Shown here in pieces: positions 21,842-32,125 of a DNA stretch of 64,000 nucleotides. Numbering within the stretch: position 1 is the stretch's first letter; every line of letters starts with the position of its first letter. This DNA is from an uncultured Actinomycetota bacterium (GTDB taxonomy: Bacteria; Actinomycetota; Actinomycetes; Propionibacteriales; Nocardioidaceae): NCBI GenBank assembly GCA_963767995.1, contig CAVYGL010000018.1, positions 1,392-65,391 on the forward strand, given 5' to 3'. The notes beneath the pieces were generated by a model. It was not told the origin of the DNA and did not search any database. It saw only the letters and a list, made by a program, of their open reading frames with translations. The translations under genes were made by a program, and so were the position numbers.

Positions 21842-22984
21842 GTGTCCCTGACCGAGCGCGTCCGCCGAGCCGCTGCCGGTCCGGAGGGGCGTCGTGCGTT
21901 CGACGTCCTGCTCACCGCGGCCTGTCTGGGCGTGGCGTTGGTCGTGAACCTGAGCGGGTCCGAGTCGGTCGCGGCGAACCGCGAGGACGGTCCGCTCACC
22001 GTGTCGCTCACCGTGCTGGGGGTCGGCAGCCTGGTGCTGCGCAGGGTCTGGCCGCTGGTGACGCTCCTGCTCACCTTGACGGGCGTCCTCGGGCTCGTGG
22101 TCATCGACGGCACCGTCGGTGCGGCCACGCTCGGTCCGATCGTGGCGGCGTACACGGCAGCGGCCCACGGCACTGCCCGCACCGGCCACCGCGCCGCCGC
22201 AGTCGTCGGCGTGGCGCTGGTGCTGACGTTGATCCTCGACCCCGTCGACCTCAGCAGCGAGGGTGCCGTCATCAACGCTGCCGCCTTCGGAGCGGTGCTC
22301 CTGCTCGGCACAGGGGTCCGCGATCGTCGTGAGCGTGCCGTCATCGACGTCCGGGCCGCCGCCACCCAGGAGCGCCTCCGCATCACCCGCGAGCTGCACG
22401 ACGTGCTCGGGCACTCGATGAGCGTGATGGTCGTGCAGGCCGGCGCCGCCGGACGACTGCTCGACACCGGCGACACCACCCGGGCTCGGGCTGCCGTGGC
22501 CGAGATCGAGCAGACCGGACGTCGGTCGATGACCGAGATGCGTCACCTGCTGGGCATCCTGAGGGACGAGGAGGAGCCGGCGGCGCCGCGAGCCCCGGCA
22601 CCGACCCTGTCCGACGTCGAGGCCTTGGTCGGCAGGGTCGGCGAGGCAGGTCTGCCGGCGGCGCTGACCGTGACGGGCGAGCGCGGTGCGGTCTCGCCCG
22701 GCATCGACCTCGCCGCGTACCGCATCGTCCAGGAGGCACTGACCAACTGCCTGAAGCACTCGGCCGCCACGCGCGCCGAGGTGGGGATCGCCTACGACGC
22801 GGGCACGGTCACCGTCGAGGTGACCGACGACGGGCGCGGTCCCGCTCGCGGTGAGACGTCCGGTCACGGTCTTGCCGGGATGCGCGAGCGCGTGGCGATG
22901 TACGACGGCGAACTGAGCGTCGGCGCCGGGGCCGGGGGAGGCTTCCGGGTGCACGCGGTGCTGCCGCGCGAGGTCGTCCCGTGA
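21842..22984 (+). CDS. Sensor histidine kinase (HisKA_3)
   Basis: ERLRITRELHDVLGH, RIVQEALTN, DDGRG, GHGLAGMRER. Confidence 0.93.
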   Translation: MSLTERVRRAAAGPEGRRAFDVLLTAACLGVALVVNLSGSESVAANREDGPLTVSLTVLGVGSLVLRRVWPLVTLLLTLTGVLGLVVIDGTVGAATLGPIVAAYTAAAHGTARTGHRAAAVVGVALVLTLILDPVDLSSEGAVINAAAFGAVLLLGTGVRDRRERAVIDVRAAATQERLRITRELHDVLGHSMSVMVVQAGAAGRLLDTGDTTRARAAVAEIEQTGRRSMTEMRHLLGILRDEEEPAAPRAPAPTLSDVEALVGRVGEAGLPAALTVTGERGAVSPGIDLAAYRIVQEALTNCLKHSAATRAEVGIAYDAGTVTVEVTDDGRGPARGETSGHGLAGMRERVAMYDGELSVGAGAGGGFRVHAVLPREVVP

Positions 22985-23622
22985 TCCGCGTCGTGGTGGC
23001 CGACGACCAGGCCCTGGTGAGGTCGGGCTTCGCGCTGATCCTGGGCGCCGAGCACGGTATCGAGGTGGTCGCCGAGGCGTCGGACGGTGCCGGCGCACTT
23101 GCCGCGGCCAGGACGTACCTGCCCGATGTCGTGCTGATGGACATCCGGATGCCGGGGATGGACGGCATCGAGGCGACCCGCCACATCACCTCCAGCCCGA
23201 TCACCTCGGACGTGAAGGTGCTCGTGCTGACGACCTTCGCCGCTGACGACTACGTCGTCGCCGCCCTCCGCGCCGGGGCCAGCGGGTTCGTCCTGAAGGA
23301 CACCGAGCCCGACGACCTCGTCCGCGCGGTGACGGTCGTCGCCGCCGGTGAGGCGCTGCTCGCTCCCGAGGTGACCCGGCGGATGCTCGACCGCTTCGCG
23401 CAGGGGGAGCGGGAGGTGCTCGAGCTGCCTCCCCTCACCCAGCGCGAGCACGAGGTGCTGGTCGCCGTGGCGCTCGGGCTCTCCAACCTCGAGATCGCGG
23501 ACCGGCTGGTCGTGAGCTACTCGACCGTGAAGACCCATGTCAGTCACCTCCTCACCAAGCTCGACGCGCGTGACCGCGCGCAGCTGGTGATGCTGGCCCA
23601 CCGGGCCGGGCTCGGCGGCTGA
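22981..23622 (+). CDS. NarL-family response regulator
   Basis: ADDQ, MDIRMP, LuxR HTH TVKTHVS. Confidence 0.94.
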   Translation: MIRVVVADDQALVRSGFALILGAEHGIEVVAEASDGAGALAAARTYLPDVVLMDIRMPGMDGIEATRHITSSPITSDVKVLVLTTFAADDYVVAALRAGASGFVLKDTEPDDLVRAVTVVAAGEALLAPEVTRRMLDRFAQGEREVLELPPLTQREHEVLVAVALGLSNLEIADRLVVSYSTVKTHVSHLLTKLDARDRAQLVMLAHRAGLGG

Positions 23623-23780
23623 GGCGCGCGGGTCTGGGGCGGTCACGAGCTCGGTGATGAGGTCGTCCGCCAGCCGCATCCCGGCGAGCCCAGCCGCTGA
23701 CCCCCGGCCAGGCGGCCGGTGCACGGCACCGTGCTGCAGGATGGAGGGATGCGGATGCGCCACGGAGAGCTGAGGGTGCG

Positions 23781-24806
23781 ATGAAGATCCTGGTGACGGG
23801 TGCGACGGGGTACGTCGGTGGTCGGCTCGTGCCGCTGCTCCTGCAGCGAGGGCACACTGTGCGCACGACCACGAGCAGCCCGGATCGCGACCAACCCTGG
23901 TGGGGAGACCAGGTGGAGACCGTCGTCATGGACGCGCTCGAGCCTGACCAGGTCGCGGCCGCCTGCGAGGGGATGGACGCGGTCTACTACCTGATCCACG
24001 GGATGGGCGGCGACGACTTCGCCGAGACCGATCGCCTGGCGGCTGTCAATCTTGCCGACGCGGTGCGCGCCAACGCCGTCGCACGCGTGGTGTACCTGTC
24101 GGGGATCGTTCCGGACGTCGCCGACGGGGAGGAGCTGTCCGAGCACATCACGTCCCGGCGGGAGGTCGAGGAGATCCTGAGCGGATCCCCGGCGACCGTC
24201 GTGGTGCTGCGTGCCGCGGTGCTCCTCGGAAGCGGGTCGACGTCCTTCGAGATCATCCGGCAGGTCAGTGAACGCATGCCGGTGCACACCATCCCGACGT
24301 GGATGGACTCGATGGTGCAGCCCGTCGCTGTCGTTGACGTGCTCGAGGCGCTGGTGGGAGCCCTCGACTACGCCGGACCCTCGCGCCACCTCGACGTCGG
24401 TGGACCCGACCGTCTGCGCTACGGCGCGCTGCTCGACGCGTACGCCTCGCATGCCGGACTGGATCGGCCCCAGGTCGAAGTGCCCTTCCTGCCCTCCGCG
24501 CTCGTGGGGACCCTGGTGGGCAGCCTCACCGATGTGCCACGGCCCACGGTCGAGGCGTTGGTGGAGAGCCTTCGCCACGACATGGTCGTCGGGAACGACG
24601 ACTTCCGGACGGTGCTTCTCCCAGCGGGACACCGCCTGATCGGCCTCGACGAGGCATTCCGCCGCTCCCTCGCCGCGCCCGCGACGACACCCGAGGACAC
24701 GGACCCGATGGCGTCCTTGCCGCAGGACCCGGCCTGGGCGAGTGGCGGCGACGGTCGGCCCGTCATGGCCAAGGTCGTCGACGCCGTGAGGGAACTCCTG
24801 CCCTGA
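23781..24806 (+). CDS. NAD(P)-binding atypical SDR (YbjT-like)
   Basis: VTGATGYVG, YYLIHGM, HITSRREVE, GSGSTSFEIIR. Confidence 0.85.
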   Translation: MKILVTGATGYVGGRLVPLLLQRGHTVRTTTSSPDRDQPWWGDQVETVVMDALEPDQVAAACEGMDAVYYLIHGMGGDDFAETDRLAAVNLADAVRANAVARVVYLSGIVPDVADGEELSEHITSRREVEEILSGSPATVVVLRAAVLLGSGSTSFEIIRQVSERMPVHTIPTWMDSMVQPVAVVDVLEALVGALDYAGPSRHLDVGGPDRLRYGALLDAYASHAGLDRPQVEVPFLPSALVGTLVGSLTDVPRPTVEALVESLRHDMVVGNDDFRTVLLPAGHRLIGLDEAFRRSLAAPATTPEDTDPMASLPQDPAWASGGDGRPVMAKVVDAVRELLP

Positions 24807-24867
24807 CGCGAGCGTCCGCGGGCGTCCCACCGCTGCCAGGCCAGCCCTGACCGAGTAGGAATGGCGG

Positions 24868-27300
24868 GTGACCTACGACCCGACGGACCACTTCGTCCAC
24901 GTCCGGGGGGCGAGCGAGAACAACCTTCGTGACGTCGACCTCGACATCCCGCGCGACGCGATGGTGGCCTTCACCGGGGTCTCCGGCTCAGGCAAGTCGT
25001 CCCTCGCCTTCGGCACGCTCTACGCCGAGGCACAGCGGCGCTACTTCGAGTCGGTCGCTCCGTACGCCCGTCGGTTGCTGCAGCAGGTCGGCGCTCCGCA
25101 CGTGCAGGAGATCACCGGGCTTCCACCGGCGGTGGCCCTCCAGCAGCGTCGAGGAGCACCCAGCTCGCGCTCGACGGTGGGCACGCTGACGACGATCTCC
25201 AACCTGCTGCGCATCCTGTACTCGCGGGCCGGCACCTATCCCGACGGTGCGCAGCGGCTGGCGGCGGAGGCCTTCTCACCCAACACCGTGGCAGGAGCGT
25301 GCCCCGAGTGCCACGGGCTGGGGGAGGCGCACGACGTCGCCGAGCACCTCCTCGTGCCCGACGAGTCGCTGAGCATCCGCGACGGCGCGATCGCTGCATG
25401 GCCCGGCGCCTGGCAGGGCAAGAACCTGCTGCGGGTCACCAAGGCCGTCGGCATCGACGTCGACATCCCGTGGCGCGAGCTGGCACGCAAGGATCGCGAC
25501 TGGCTGCTCTACACCGACGAGCAGCCGCGCGTGCTGATCGACCGGCGCGGCGAGGCCGACGACACGACCGGGCGCGACTACCACGGCACGTTCTGGAGCG
25601 CGCGCAAGCACGTGCGTCACACCTTGGCCGACACCAAGAGCCAGATGATGCGCGACAAGGCGATGCGCTTCGTCCGCACCACCGTCTGCCCGGTCTGCCA
25701 CGGCACCGGGCTGCAGCCCGAGTCGCTGGCAGTCACCTTCCGGGGACTGAGCATCGCCGAGACCAACGCGCTGTCGTTCGTCGAGCTGGTGGCGCTGCTG
25801 CGCTCGGCGGTCGAGCGCGCCGAGTCCGAGGTGGAGGTGCGGCTGTGCACGGACATCGTGGAGCGCGTCGAGGTCCTGCTCGATCTCGGGCTCGGCTACC
25901 TCGCCCTCGGTCGCAGCTCCACGACGCTCTCGCCCGGTGAGGCCCAGCGGCTCCGGATCGCCACCCAGCTGCGATCGGGGCTCTTCGGGGTGGTCTACGT
26001 CCTCGACGAGCCGTCCGCGGGCCTCCACCCGGCGGACGCCGAGCCGCTCCTCGACGTGCTCGATCGCCTCAAGGGCTCGGGCAACTCGCTGTTCGTGGTC
26101 GAGCACGACCTCGACGTCGTGCGTCGCGCCGACTGGATCGTCGACATCGGCCCTGGAGCGGGCGAGGCCGGGGGACGGGTGCTCTACTCCGGCCCGGTCG
26201 ACGGGCTCGAGGACGTCGAGGGCTCGGTCACCGGGGCGCACCTCTTCGGACGGGCCGCGCCGCTCGAGAGCCGGGGTCGTACGCCGCACGGCTGGCTCCA
26301 CCTGCGCGGCGTCAGCCGGCACAACCTCTCCGACCTCTCGGTCGACCTGCCGCTGTGCGTGCTGACCGCCGTCACCGGCGTGTCCGGCTCGGGCAAGTCC
26401 ACGCTCGTCACCCAGGTCCTCTCCGAGCTGGTGCGCCGGCACCTCGGCCAGGCTCCCGACGAGGCAGAGGAGGGCGAGCTGGAGATCGACGTCGACGACG
26501 TGACGGGGCTGGAGTCCTTCGACCGGTTGGTGCGGGTCGACCAGCGCCCGATCGGCCGGACGCCCCGGTCCAACCTGGCGACGTACACCGGGCTCTGGGA
26601 CGCCGTCCGCAGGGTGTTCGCCGCGACCCCCGAGGCCGAGAAGCGCGGCTACGGCGTCGGGAGGTTCTCCTTCAACGTCGCCGACGGCCGCTGCCCGACG
26701 TGCCAGGGGGAGGGCTTCGTCTCGATCGAGCTGCTCTTCCTGCCGGGGACCTACGCGCCGTGCCCGACGTGCCACGGTGCGCGCTACAACGCCGAGACCC
26801 TCGAGATCACCTGGCACGACCTGACCGTCGCCGACGTGCTCGGCCTGACGGTCGAGCAGGCCGCCGAGGTCCTCGTCGACGTGCCGGCCGCAGCGCGCAG
26901 CCTCCAGACCCTGCGTGAGGTCGGTCTCGGCTACCTCCGGCTGGGCCAGCCGGCGACCGAGCTCAGCGGGGGCGAGGCGCAGCGCATCAAGCTCGCGACC
27001 GAGCTGCAGCGGGCCCGTCGCGGGCACGCGCTCTACCTGCTCGACGAGCCCACGGCGGGGCTGCACCCCGCCGACACCGCGCTGCTCCTGCGCCAGCTGC
27101 ACCGACTCGTGGACGCCGGCAACACGGTGGTGCTCGTCGAGCACGACCTGGAGACGATCGCCACGGCCGACTGGGTCATCGACCTCGGTCCCGGCGGTGG
27201 CGACCAGGGTGGCCGGGTCGTGGCCACCGGGACGCCCGCGGAGATCGCCGCGGCACCCGCCAGCGTGACCGGGCCCTACCTGGCGCGCCACCTGGCCTGA
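24868..27300 (+). CDS. Class II UvrA-like ATPase (UvrA2/DrrC-like)
   Basis: Two Walker A GVSGSGKS, two signature motifs, four CxxC; 810 aa, short for canonical UvrA; no uvrB/uvrC nearby. Confidence 0.9.
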   Translation: MTYDPTDHFVHVRGASENNLRDVDLDIPRDAMVAFTGVSGSGKSSLAFGTLYAEAQRRYFESVAPYARRLLQQVGAPHVQEITGLPPAVALQQRRGAPSSRSTVGTLTTISNLLRILYSRAGTYPDGAQRLAAEAFSPNTVAGACPECHGLGEAHDVAEHLLVPDESLSIRDGAIAAWPGAWQGKNLLRVTKAVGIDVDIPWRELARKDRDWLLYTDEQPRVLIDRRGEADDTTGRDYHGTFWSARKHVRHTLADTKSQMMRDKAMRFVRTTVCPVCHGTGLQPESLAVTFRGLSIAETNALSFVELVALLRSAVERAESEVEVRLCTDIVERVEVLLDLGLGYLALGRSSTTLSPGEAQRLRIATQLRSGLFGVVYVLDEPSAGLHPADAEPLLDVLDRLKGSGNSLFVVEHDLDVVRRADWIVDIGPGAGEAGGRVLYSGPVDGLEDVEGSVTGAHLFGRAAPLESRGRTPHGWLHLRGVSRHNLSDLSVDLPLCVLTAVTGVSGSGKSTLVTQVLSELVRRHLGQAPDEAEEGELEIDVDDVTGLESFDRLVRVDQRPIGRTPRSNLATYTGLWDAVRRVFAATPEAEKRGYGVGRFSFNVADGRCPTCQGEGFVSIELLFLPGTYAPCPTCHGARYNAETLEITWHDLTVADVLGLTVEQAAEVLVDVPAAARSLQTLREVGLGYLRLGQPATELSGGEAQRIKLATELQRARRGHALYLLDEPTAGLHPADTALLLRQLHRLVDAGNTVVLVEHDLETIATADWVIDLGPGGGDQGGRVVATGTPAEIAAAPASVTGPYLARHLA

Positions 27301-27312
27301 CGGCGCGCGGGA

Positions 27313-28185
27313 TCAGACCTGTCGGTGGTGGACCGGCGTAGCCATGCCGTCGGGATGGAGGATCGAGGCCAGCACCTCGACCCCGTCGACCAGTCGAGGG
27401 CCCGGGCGGGCGTAGTGGCCATCGGCGTCGACCGCCCAGACGGGCACGTCGGGGAAGAGGTGGCGTACGTCCTCGGCCAACGCCGCACTACCGTCGAGGT
27501 CGAAGCCGCAGGGCGCGCAGACGACCACGTCGGGACGTGACGCGACGGCCTCCTCCCAGGTGATCCGGCCCGACTTCGTGCCCGCGACGCCGAGGGTCGG
27601 CTCGCCGCCGGCACGGGTGACCATCTCGGGGATCCAGTGCCCCGGCGCGAACGGCGGGTCGGTCCACTCCAGGACCAGCACGCGCGGCCGGGGTCGGCCG
27701 GCGACCCGCTCGGCCACGGCGGCCAGGCGCTCGTGCAGCGAGGCGACGACCGCCGCGGCCTCGTCGTCCCGGCCCGTCAGCCGGCCGACCTCGACGATCG
27801 TGGCCAGCACGTCGTCGAGGGTGTGCGGGTCGAGGGTCGCGACGTCGGCGCGGCACCCGAGGAAGGACAGCGCGTCGTCGACCGTGCTGACGTCGACCGC
27901 ACACACCGCACACAGGTCCTGGGTGACCACGAGGTCCGCGTCGAGCTCGGTGAGGGCGCCCGCGTCGAGGCGGTAGAGGTCCTCGCCCGCGGTCATCGCG
28001 GCCGCGACGAAGTCGTCGATCTCCCTCGGCGTGAGGCCCTCGGGCATCGCCGACGTGGACACGATCCGTCGATCGCGCGCTGCGGGCGGGTGGTCGCACT
28101 CGAAGGTCACTCCCACCACGTCGTCGCCCGCGCCGACGGCGAAGAGGATCTCGGTGGCGGACGGGATCAGCGAGACGATGCGCAC
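27313..28185 (-). CDS. BtuF-like (helical-backbone) binding protein lacking a signal peptide
   Basis: MRIVSLIPSATEIL, TQDLCAVCAV, RPGPRLVDG. Confidence 0.85.
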   Translation of the reverse strand: MRIVSLIPSATEILFAVGAGDDVVGVTFECDHPPAARDRRIVSTSAMPEGLTPREIDDFVAAAMTAGEDLYRLDAGALTELDADLVVTQDLCAVCAVDVSTVDDALSFLGCRADVATLDPHTLDDVLATIVEVGRLTGRDDEAAAVVASLHERLAAVAERVAGRPRPRVLVLEWTDPPFAPGHWIPEMVTRAGGEPTLGVAGTKSGRITWEEAVASRPDVVVCAPCGFDLDGSAALAEDVRHLFPDVPVWAVDADGHYARPGPRLVDGVEVLASILHPDGMATPVHHRQV

Positions 28186-28234
28186 TCACGGAGACTAGGC
28201 GAAGTGGAGGTCGCCGCTGTGAGAGCCTGCCGCG

Positions 28235-28723
28235 GTGATCCCGATCGACCTCTCGACCCTCCGCATCGCGCCGCTGACCCGTGCACACGCCGAGGACGTG
28301 GTGACGTGGTCCTACGACGCGCCGTACGACGTCTACGACATGACCGGCGCTGAGCCCGACGAGCTGCTCGACCCGGCCGCGGGGTTCCACGCGGTCCTCG
28401 CCTGCGACGAGCTGATCGGCTTCCGCTCCTTCGGGCCGGACGGTCGGGTGCCCGGCTGGGACTACGACGACACGGCGCTCGACACCGGCGGCGGCCTCCG
28501 GCCTTCATTCACCGGCCAGGGCTTCGGCCGCGCGGTCATCTCCGTCGGGCTCGGGTTCGGTCGAGCCCGCTTCGCGCCTGCGGCCTTCCGCGTCACCGTC
28601 GCCTCGTTCAACCTTCGGGCGCTGCGCACCGTCGAGTCCCTCGGGTTCGAGCGCACCGGGTCCTTCGCAGCCGCGCGCGACGGTCGCTCGTTCGAGGTGC
28701 TCGTCCGCCCCGAGCAGGGCTGA
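28235..28723 (+). CDS. GNAT (RimJ/RimL-like) acetyltransferase
   Basis: WSYDAPYDVYD, GLRPSFTGQGFG, VASFNLRA. Confidence 0.82.
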   Translation: MIPIDLSTLRIAPLTRAHAEDVVTWSYDAPYDVYDMTGAEPDELLDPAAGFHAVLACDELIGFRSFGPDGRVPGWDYDDTALDTGGGLRPSFTGQGFGRAVISVGLGFGRARFAPAAFRVTVASFNLRALRTVESLGFERTGSFAAARDGRSFEVLVRPEQG

Positions 28724-28749
28724 CGGACGCCTGTGGCACGATCCGAGCC

Positions 28750-29163
28750 GTGAGCGCGTGCATCTTCTGCCAGATCGTCGCCGGCGACCTGCCCGGTCAC
28801 CTCGTGCTCGAGACCGACGACCTCGTTGCGTTCCTCGACACGCGGCCGGTGTTCAAGGGGCACGTCCTGCTGGTGCCGCGCGAGCACGTCGACACGCTGC
28901 CGGACCTTCCGGCCGAGCTCCGCGACCCGTTCATGGAGGCCGCTCAGCGGATCGCGGTCGCGGTCACGGAGGCCCTCGGTGCGCAGGGGTCGTTCGTCGC
29001 GATCAACAACACCGTGAGCCAGTCGGTGCCGCACCTGCACCTCCACGTCGTGCCGCGCACCAAGGGCGACGGGCTGCGCGGCTTCTTCTGGCCGCGGACG
29101 AAGTACGCCGACGGCGAGGCGGCGGCGTACGCCGAGAAGCTGCGCGAGGCACTCGCCTCCTGA
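28750..29163 (+). CDS. HIT family nucleotide hydrolase
   Basis: CIFC, GHVLLVP, histidine triad HLHLHVV. Confidence 0.93.
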   Translation: MSACIFCQIVAGDLPGHLVLETDDLVAFLDTRPVFKGHVLLVPREHVDTLPDLPAELRDPFMEAAQRIAVAVTEALGAQGSFVAINNTVSQSVPHLHLHVVPRTKGDGLRGFFWPRTKYADGEAAAYAEKLREALAS

Positions 29164-29170
29164 CACAGCG

Positions 29171-30247
29171 TCAGCCGCGTCCGCGTCCGCTTCCGATGGA
29201 GTCGCGCTCGGAGCTGTCCGTGGGGTCCAGGGCCGCGCGGAAGGTCCACGGCCGCTCGCGCCGCCGGAGCGGGTTGCCGGTGGCCCGGGCCGCAAGGACG
29301 AAGGCAGCCGCCCCGACGGCGATGCCGGCCAGGACGTCGACGAAGAAGTGCCAGCCGAGGTAGATCGTCGCGACCGTCGTCAGCGCGAGGAACGTCCACG
29401 CGGCGGCCCGGACCACCACGGGGAGCCGCATCGCCTCGGCGACGAGGCAGATGGTCACCATCACGGCGACGTGCAGCGACGCGAACGCCGCGATCGTCTG
29501 CACGGCGGACGTGTCCCAGGGGCCACCGAGGACCTCGATGCGGTCGGCGAGGAGCACGTCGCGCACGGAGCTGTTGGGGGTGCGCGGCAGGTCGGCGAAC
29601 CACTCGGGGGAGGAGTACGTCGGCCCGAGCGACGGCACGGCGTAGTAGAGGGCGACGCCCAGCATCCAGTCGAGCGAGATCGCCGTGACGTACCACGCGC
29701 CTGCGCTCGAGCGACGCGTCCACACCAGGGCGATGGCCAGGCTCGCCGGGACGAGGCCGATCCAGACGAGGTAGACCGCGGCCATCACCCAGTTGGCCCA
29801 CGTCGTGCCGAGCAGGGCGTGCAGCACCTGTGCCGGGTCGTTGCCCAGCCACAGCATCCGGTCGAGGCGCGCGAGCTCCGGGTCGACCAGCCGGTCGGTG
29901 ACGAACGGGACATAGCTCTTGAGGTTGCGGAAGGCGACGTACGCGACGTACCACGTCACCAGCCCGCTCGCGGTGAACACGATCTGGTCGCGGTTCCACC
30001 GCTCGACCAGCACCGTGCGCAGGCTGACCCGCCCCGCCGTCCCGCGACGACGAGCCAGCAGGACCCACCGGGTGGCGACGTCGAGCGCGATCGCAGACGC
30101 GACGATGACCGGCAGCCGGAACCACGTCGGGAGCGAGGCGCCGTCGGGGTCGCGCAGCGGCAGGTGGTGCGTCCACGCCACCAGCGCCGCCACCATCGCC
30201 ATCGCAGCCGCCACGACGGCGGCGGCCCGGAACTCCCCCCGACCCAT
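29171..30247 (-). CDS. PAP2-superfamily membrane protein (IPC-synthase/AUR1-like)
   Basis: RNLKS, PSLGP, AAFASLHV, YLGWHFFVD; multiple TM. Confidence 0.85.
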   Translation of the reverse strand: MGRGEFRAAAVVAAAMAMVAALVAWTHHLPLRDPDGASLPTWFRLPVIVASAIALDVATRWVLLARRRGTAGRVSLRTVLVERWNRDQIVFTASGLVTWYVAYVAFRNLKSYVPFVTDRLVDPELARLDRMLWLGNDPAQVLHALLGTTWANWVMAAVYLVWIGLVPASLAIALVWTRRSSAGAWYVTAISLDWMLGVALYYAVPSLGPTYSSPEWFADLPRTPNSSVRDVLLADRIEVLGGPWDTSAVQTIAAFASLHVAVMVTICLVAEAMRLPVVVRAAAWTFLALTTVATIYLGWHFFVDVLAGIAVGAAAFVLAARATGNPLRRRERPWTFRAALDPTDSSERDSIGSGRGRG

Positions 30248-30332
30248 GGGCTCACGGTAGCGACGCACGAGCGATCCGGCACCTCCCTGCACCAGAACTC
30301 CACATCCGGACTGCGGGGGCAACCAACTCCGG

Positions 30333-30961
30333 ATGCAGCGCGGTGGCCGGCTGTCCGACCGGGTGATGTCGTACGACCTGACGACCGGCGTCACGCACGA
30401 GGTCACCCTCCCGAAGCGCGCCATCTCCGTCGCTCTCGACCCCGACGGCACCGGGATCCTGATGACCCTCTACGGCACGGGTGCTGCAGCCCGATCCGCT
30501 GGCTGGACGACGACAGCGTCCTGACCAGCTGCTACGCCGGCGGCGGCAACCAGCTGAGGGCCGTGCACCTCGACGGGGGATCGACGGTCCTCGGTCCGTT
30601 CCACCCCATCGACGGTGTGGGCAACGTCGACGTGACCAGCGACGGCGACGTGGTGCGGTCGGGCGGCAGCCGCTGGCACCTGGCGTGGGCGCGGCGCGGT
30701 GGCGTGCTGACGCGGCAGGACGGGGCCGGTCGGGTCACCCGGGTGCGGGGCACCACCGGCCTCTGGCACCTGGCGCGCGCGGGTGTCGGGCGGCTGCTGA
30801 TGGCGCGCAGCGGCAACCTGCTGGAGTCGCCCCGGGTGCGAGGGGTGCTCGAGGTCCTCGACACCTCGACCGGCAGCAGGGACGTGCGCCTGCGCCTCGA
30901 TCGCGGGGAGGCGTGGCGCTCGGTGATCGGCGCCACCGAGGTGCGGCACTGGAACCCGTGA
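30333..30961 (+). pseudogene. Truncated/frameshifted beta-propeller-like hypothetical protein
   Basis: Coding-like frame 30333-30480 continues in another frame (CSPIRWLDDDSVLTSC...) to 30961; no clear N-terminus. Confidence 0.45.
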
Positions 30962-31008
30962 CGACTAGGGTCGGCGCCGAAGAGTCGTCGAGCTGAGGAG
31001 TCACCGAG

Positions 31009-31776
31009 ATGGGTCGTTTCGACCGCCGCATCGCCGTCATCACCGGAGCCGCACGCGGCATCGGGTTCGGCATCGCCCGCCGTTTCGCCAGTGAGGGCGC
31101 GTCCATCGCGATCCTCGACCTCGACGAGTCCGCCGCCCAGGAGGCCGCCGGCCGCCTCGAGCTGACCGATGGTGCGCGAGCGATCGGCGTCGGCTGCGAC
31201 GTCGTCGACTCGGCCGCCGCGGAGGCCGCCGTACAACGCGTCGTGGACGAGCTCGGCGCGATCCACGTCCTCGTCAACAATGCCGGCGTCACCCGCGACA
31301 ACCTGCTCTTCAAGATGACCGAGGAGGACTGGGACATGGTGATGGGCGTCCACCTCAAGGGCGTCTTCAACATGACCAAGGCTGCGCAGTCGCGGTTCGT
31401 GGAGCAGAAGTACGGCAAGATCCTCAACCTCTCCAGCGTCTCCGCGCTCGGCAACCGCGGTCAGGCCAACTACTCCGCGGCCAAGATGGGCATCCAGGGC
31501 CTCACCCGCACGCTCGGTATCGAGCTCGGGCCCTTCGGGATCACCGCCAATGCCATCGCCCCCGGGTTCATCGTCACCGAGATGACCGACGCCACCGCCC
31601 GCCGGCTCAAGATGGAGCCCGAGGAGCTGCAGCGGCTCAACGCGGAGGCCACGCCCGTACGCCGCGTCGGGCAGCCCGAGGACATCGCGGCCGCCGCAGC
31701 CTTCCTGTGCAGCGACGATGCGTCCTTCATCACAGGCCAGACGCTGTACGTCGACGGCGGGCGCAAGCTCGGCTGA
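31009..31776 (+). CDS. 3-oxoacyl-ACP reductase-like SDR
   Basis: TGAARGIG, NNAG, YSAAK. Confidence 0.92.
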   Translation: MGRFDRRIAVITGAARGIGFGIARRFASEGASIAILDLDESAAQEAAGRLELTDGARAIGVGCDVVDSAAAEAAVQRVVDELGAIHVLVNNAGVTRDNLLFKMTEEDWDMVMGVHLKGVFNMTKAAQSRFVEQKYGKILNLSSVSALGNRGQANYSAAKMGIQGLTRTLGIELGPFGITANAIAPGFIVTEMTDATARRLKMEPEELQRLNAEATPVRRVGQPEDIAAAAAFLCSDDASFITGQTLYVDGGRKLG

Positions 31777-31919
31777 GCGTGCAGTCGAGCAGACCGCTCG
31801 ATGTTGCTGAGACCCACGTCACGCCCCTGACCTGCGAGAACACAGGTCGGCTCGTCTGACGGTTTGCCTCGACCGGTGTCGTCTGCGACGTTGTTGGGCG
31901 GTCGTGAACGACCCAACCG

Positions 31920-32117
31920 TCCCGGACAACGCCGAGTCCTGCCCGACCGGGATGACCCCCGAGATCTTCGAGGGCAGGAGCGGGGGACCCACAGGTTCCA
32001 CTGCCGATGCGGACGCATCGGCTCGGGGTGAAGTCGCTCGATCCTCACTCGAAGGGTGCGGCGGCAGGACACTTTCCGGTCCCAACCCGACAGCTCACCC
32101 CGCAGGCGTGGGAAAGG
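31920..32117 (+). promoter_or_regulatory. c-di-AMP riboswitch (ydaO/yuaA class)
   Basis: GCCGAGTCCTG...GCGGGGGACCCA...GGGGTGAAG...AACCCGACAGCTCACCCCGCAGGCG in the expected order, directly 5' of an NlpC/P60 gene. Confidence 0.9.
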
Positions 32118-32125
32118 AATCATCC

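Noticed and set aside
30304-30336. Inverted repeat CATCCGGA...TCCGGATG as a transposon end
   Set aside because: Only 8 bp long, with no transposase and no second copy.
20193-31000. Prophage or ICE integrated at ssrA
   Set aside because: No integrase, phage or conjugation genes, and no attR seen. CAGCTCCAC near 59602 is a chance match inside a coding region.
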